A stretch of DNA of 63,580 bases, filler included, from Chiloscyllium plagiosum (lineage: Eukaryota), in assembly GCF_004010195.1 (NCBI RefSeq). It is 3 parts of one record of this genome, joined end to end, with 100 filler letters (N's around TTAATTAATTAA, not from the genome) between each part and the next. Parts side by side here need not be neighbours in the genome. Positions count along the whole stretch, not along the records: positions 58,905 to 63,580 come from NC_057712.1; 2 more parts are not named here. One strand, given 5' to 3'. Position numbers and translations under genes: made by a program. The notes beneath the pieces are model-generated. The model did not search any database, had not been told where the DNA came from, and was given only the letters and a program-made list of their open reading frames with translations. This document shows positions 63,399 to 63,580 of this stretch, one piece after another. Position 1 is the first letter of the stretch; the number at the start of each line of letters is the position of its first letter.

Positions 63399-63580
63399 GG
63401 TAAAAACAATGACTGCAGATGCTGGAAACCAGATTCTGGATCAGTGGTGCTGGAAGAGCACAGCAATTCAGGCAGCATCCGAGGACAAGCAAAATCGACG
63501 TTTCGGGCAAAAGCCCTTCATCAGGAATAAATGCAGAGAGCCTGAAGCGTGGAGAGATAAGCTAGAGGAGGGTGGGGGTG
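63399..63580 (-). mobile_element. Young PLE family B 3' end (runs off the window)
   Basis: Nearly identical to 30018-30200. Confidence 0.85.
63493..63528 (-). ncRNA. Minimal type I hammerhead ribozyme motif
   Basis: Minus strand attc-CTGATGA-a-gggc(tttt)gccc-GAAA-CGTC-gatt: canonical CUGAUGA/GAAA core and GUC triplet. Confidence 0.75.

Overview
Repeat-dense vertebrate genomic DNA, almost certainly from a cartilaginous fish. HE1/V-SINE-type SINEs, DeuSINE-type SINEs and abundant CR1 LINEs point to a shark; a bamboo-shark-like genome is inferred, not verified. Most of the window is decayed non-LTR retroelements: CR1, a second CR1-group LINE, Penelope-like elements (PLEs) and SINEs, plus a Tigger/pogo-like MITE. 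The only confidently identified host coding sequence is the terminal exon of a MiT/TFE-family bHLH-ZIP gene (probably tfe3; minus strand, 60579-60983). It lies on a 2.1-kb GC-rich contig between two assembly gaps. Two signals stand out. (1) About a dozen intact or decayed minimal hammerhead-ribozyme motifs sit in PLE terminal repeats; many are in tiny 90-250 bp non-coding insertions with 13-16 bp target-site duplications (TSDs), several of them tail-out hairpins. (2) A 30-bp minisatellite just downstream of the MiT/TFE stop codon is an array of canonical heat-shock elements (nGAAnnTTCnnGAAn). Several small candidate exons of unidentified genes are reported at low confidence. Most repeat boundaries are approximate, read by eye.
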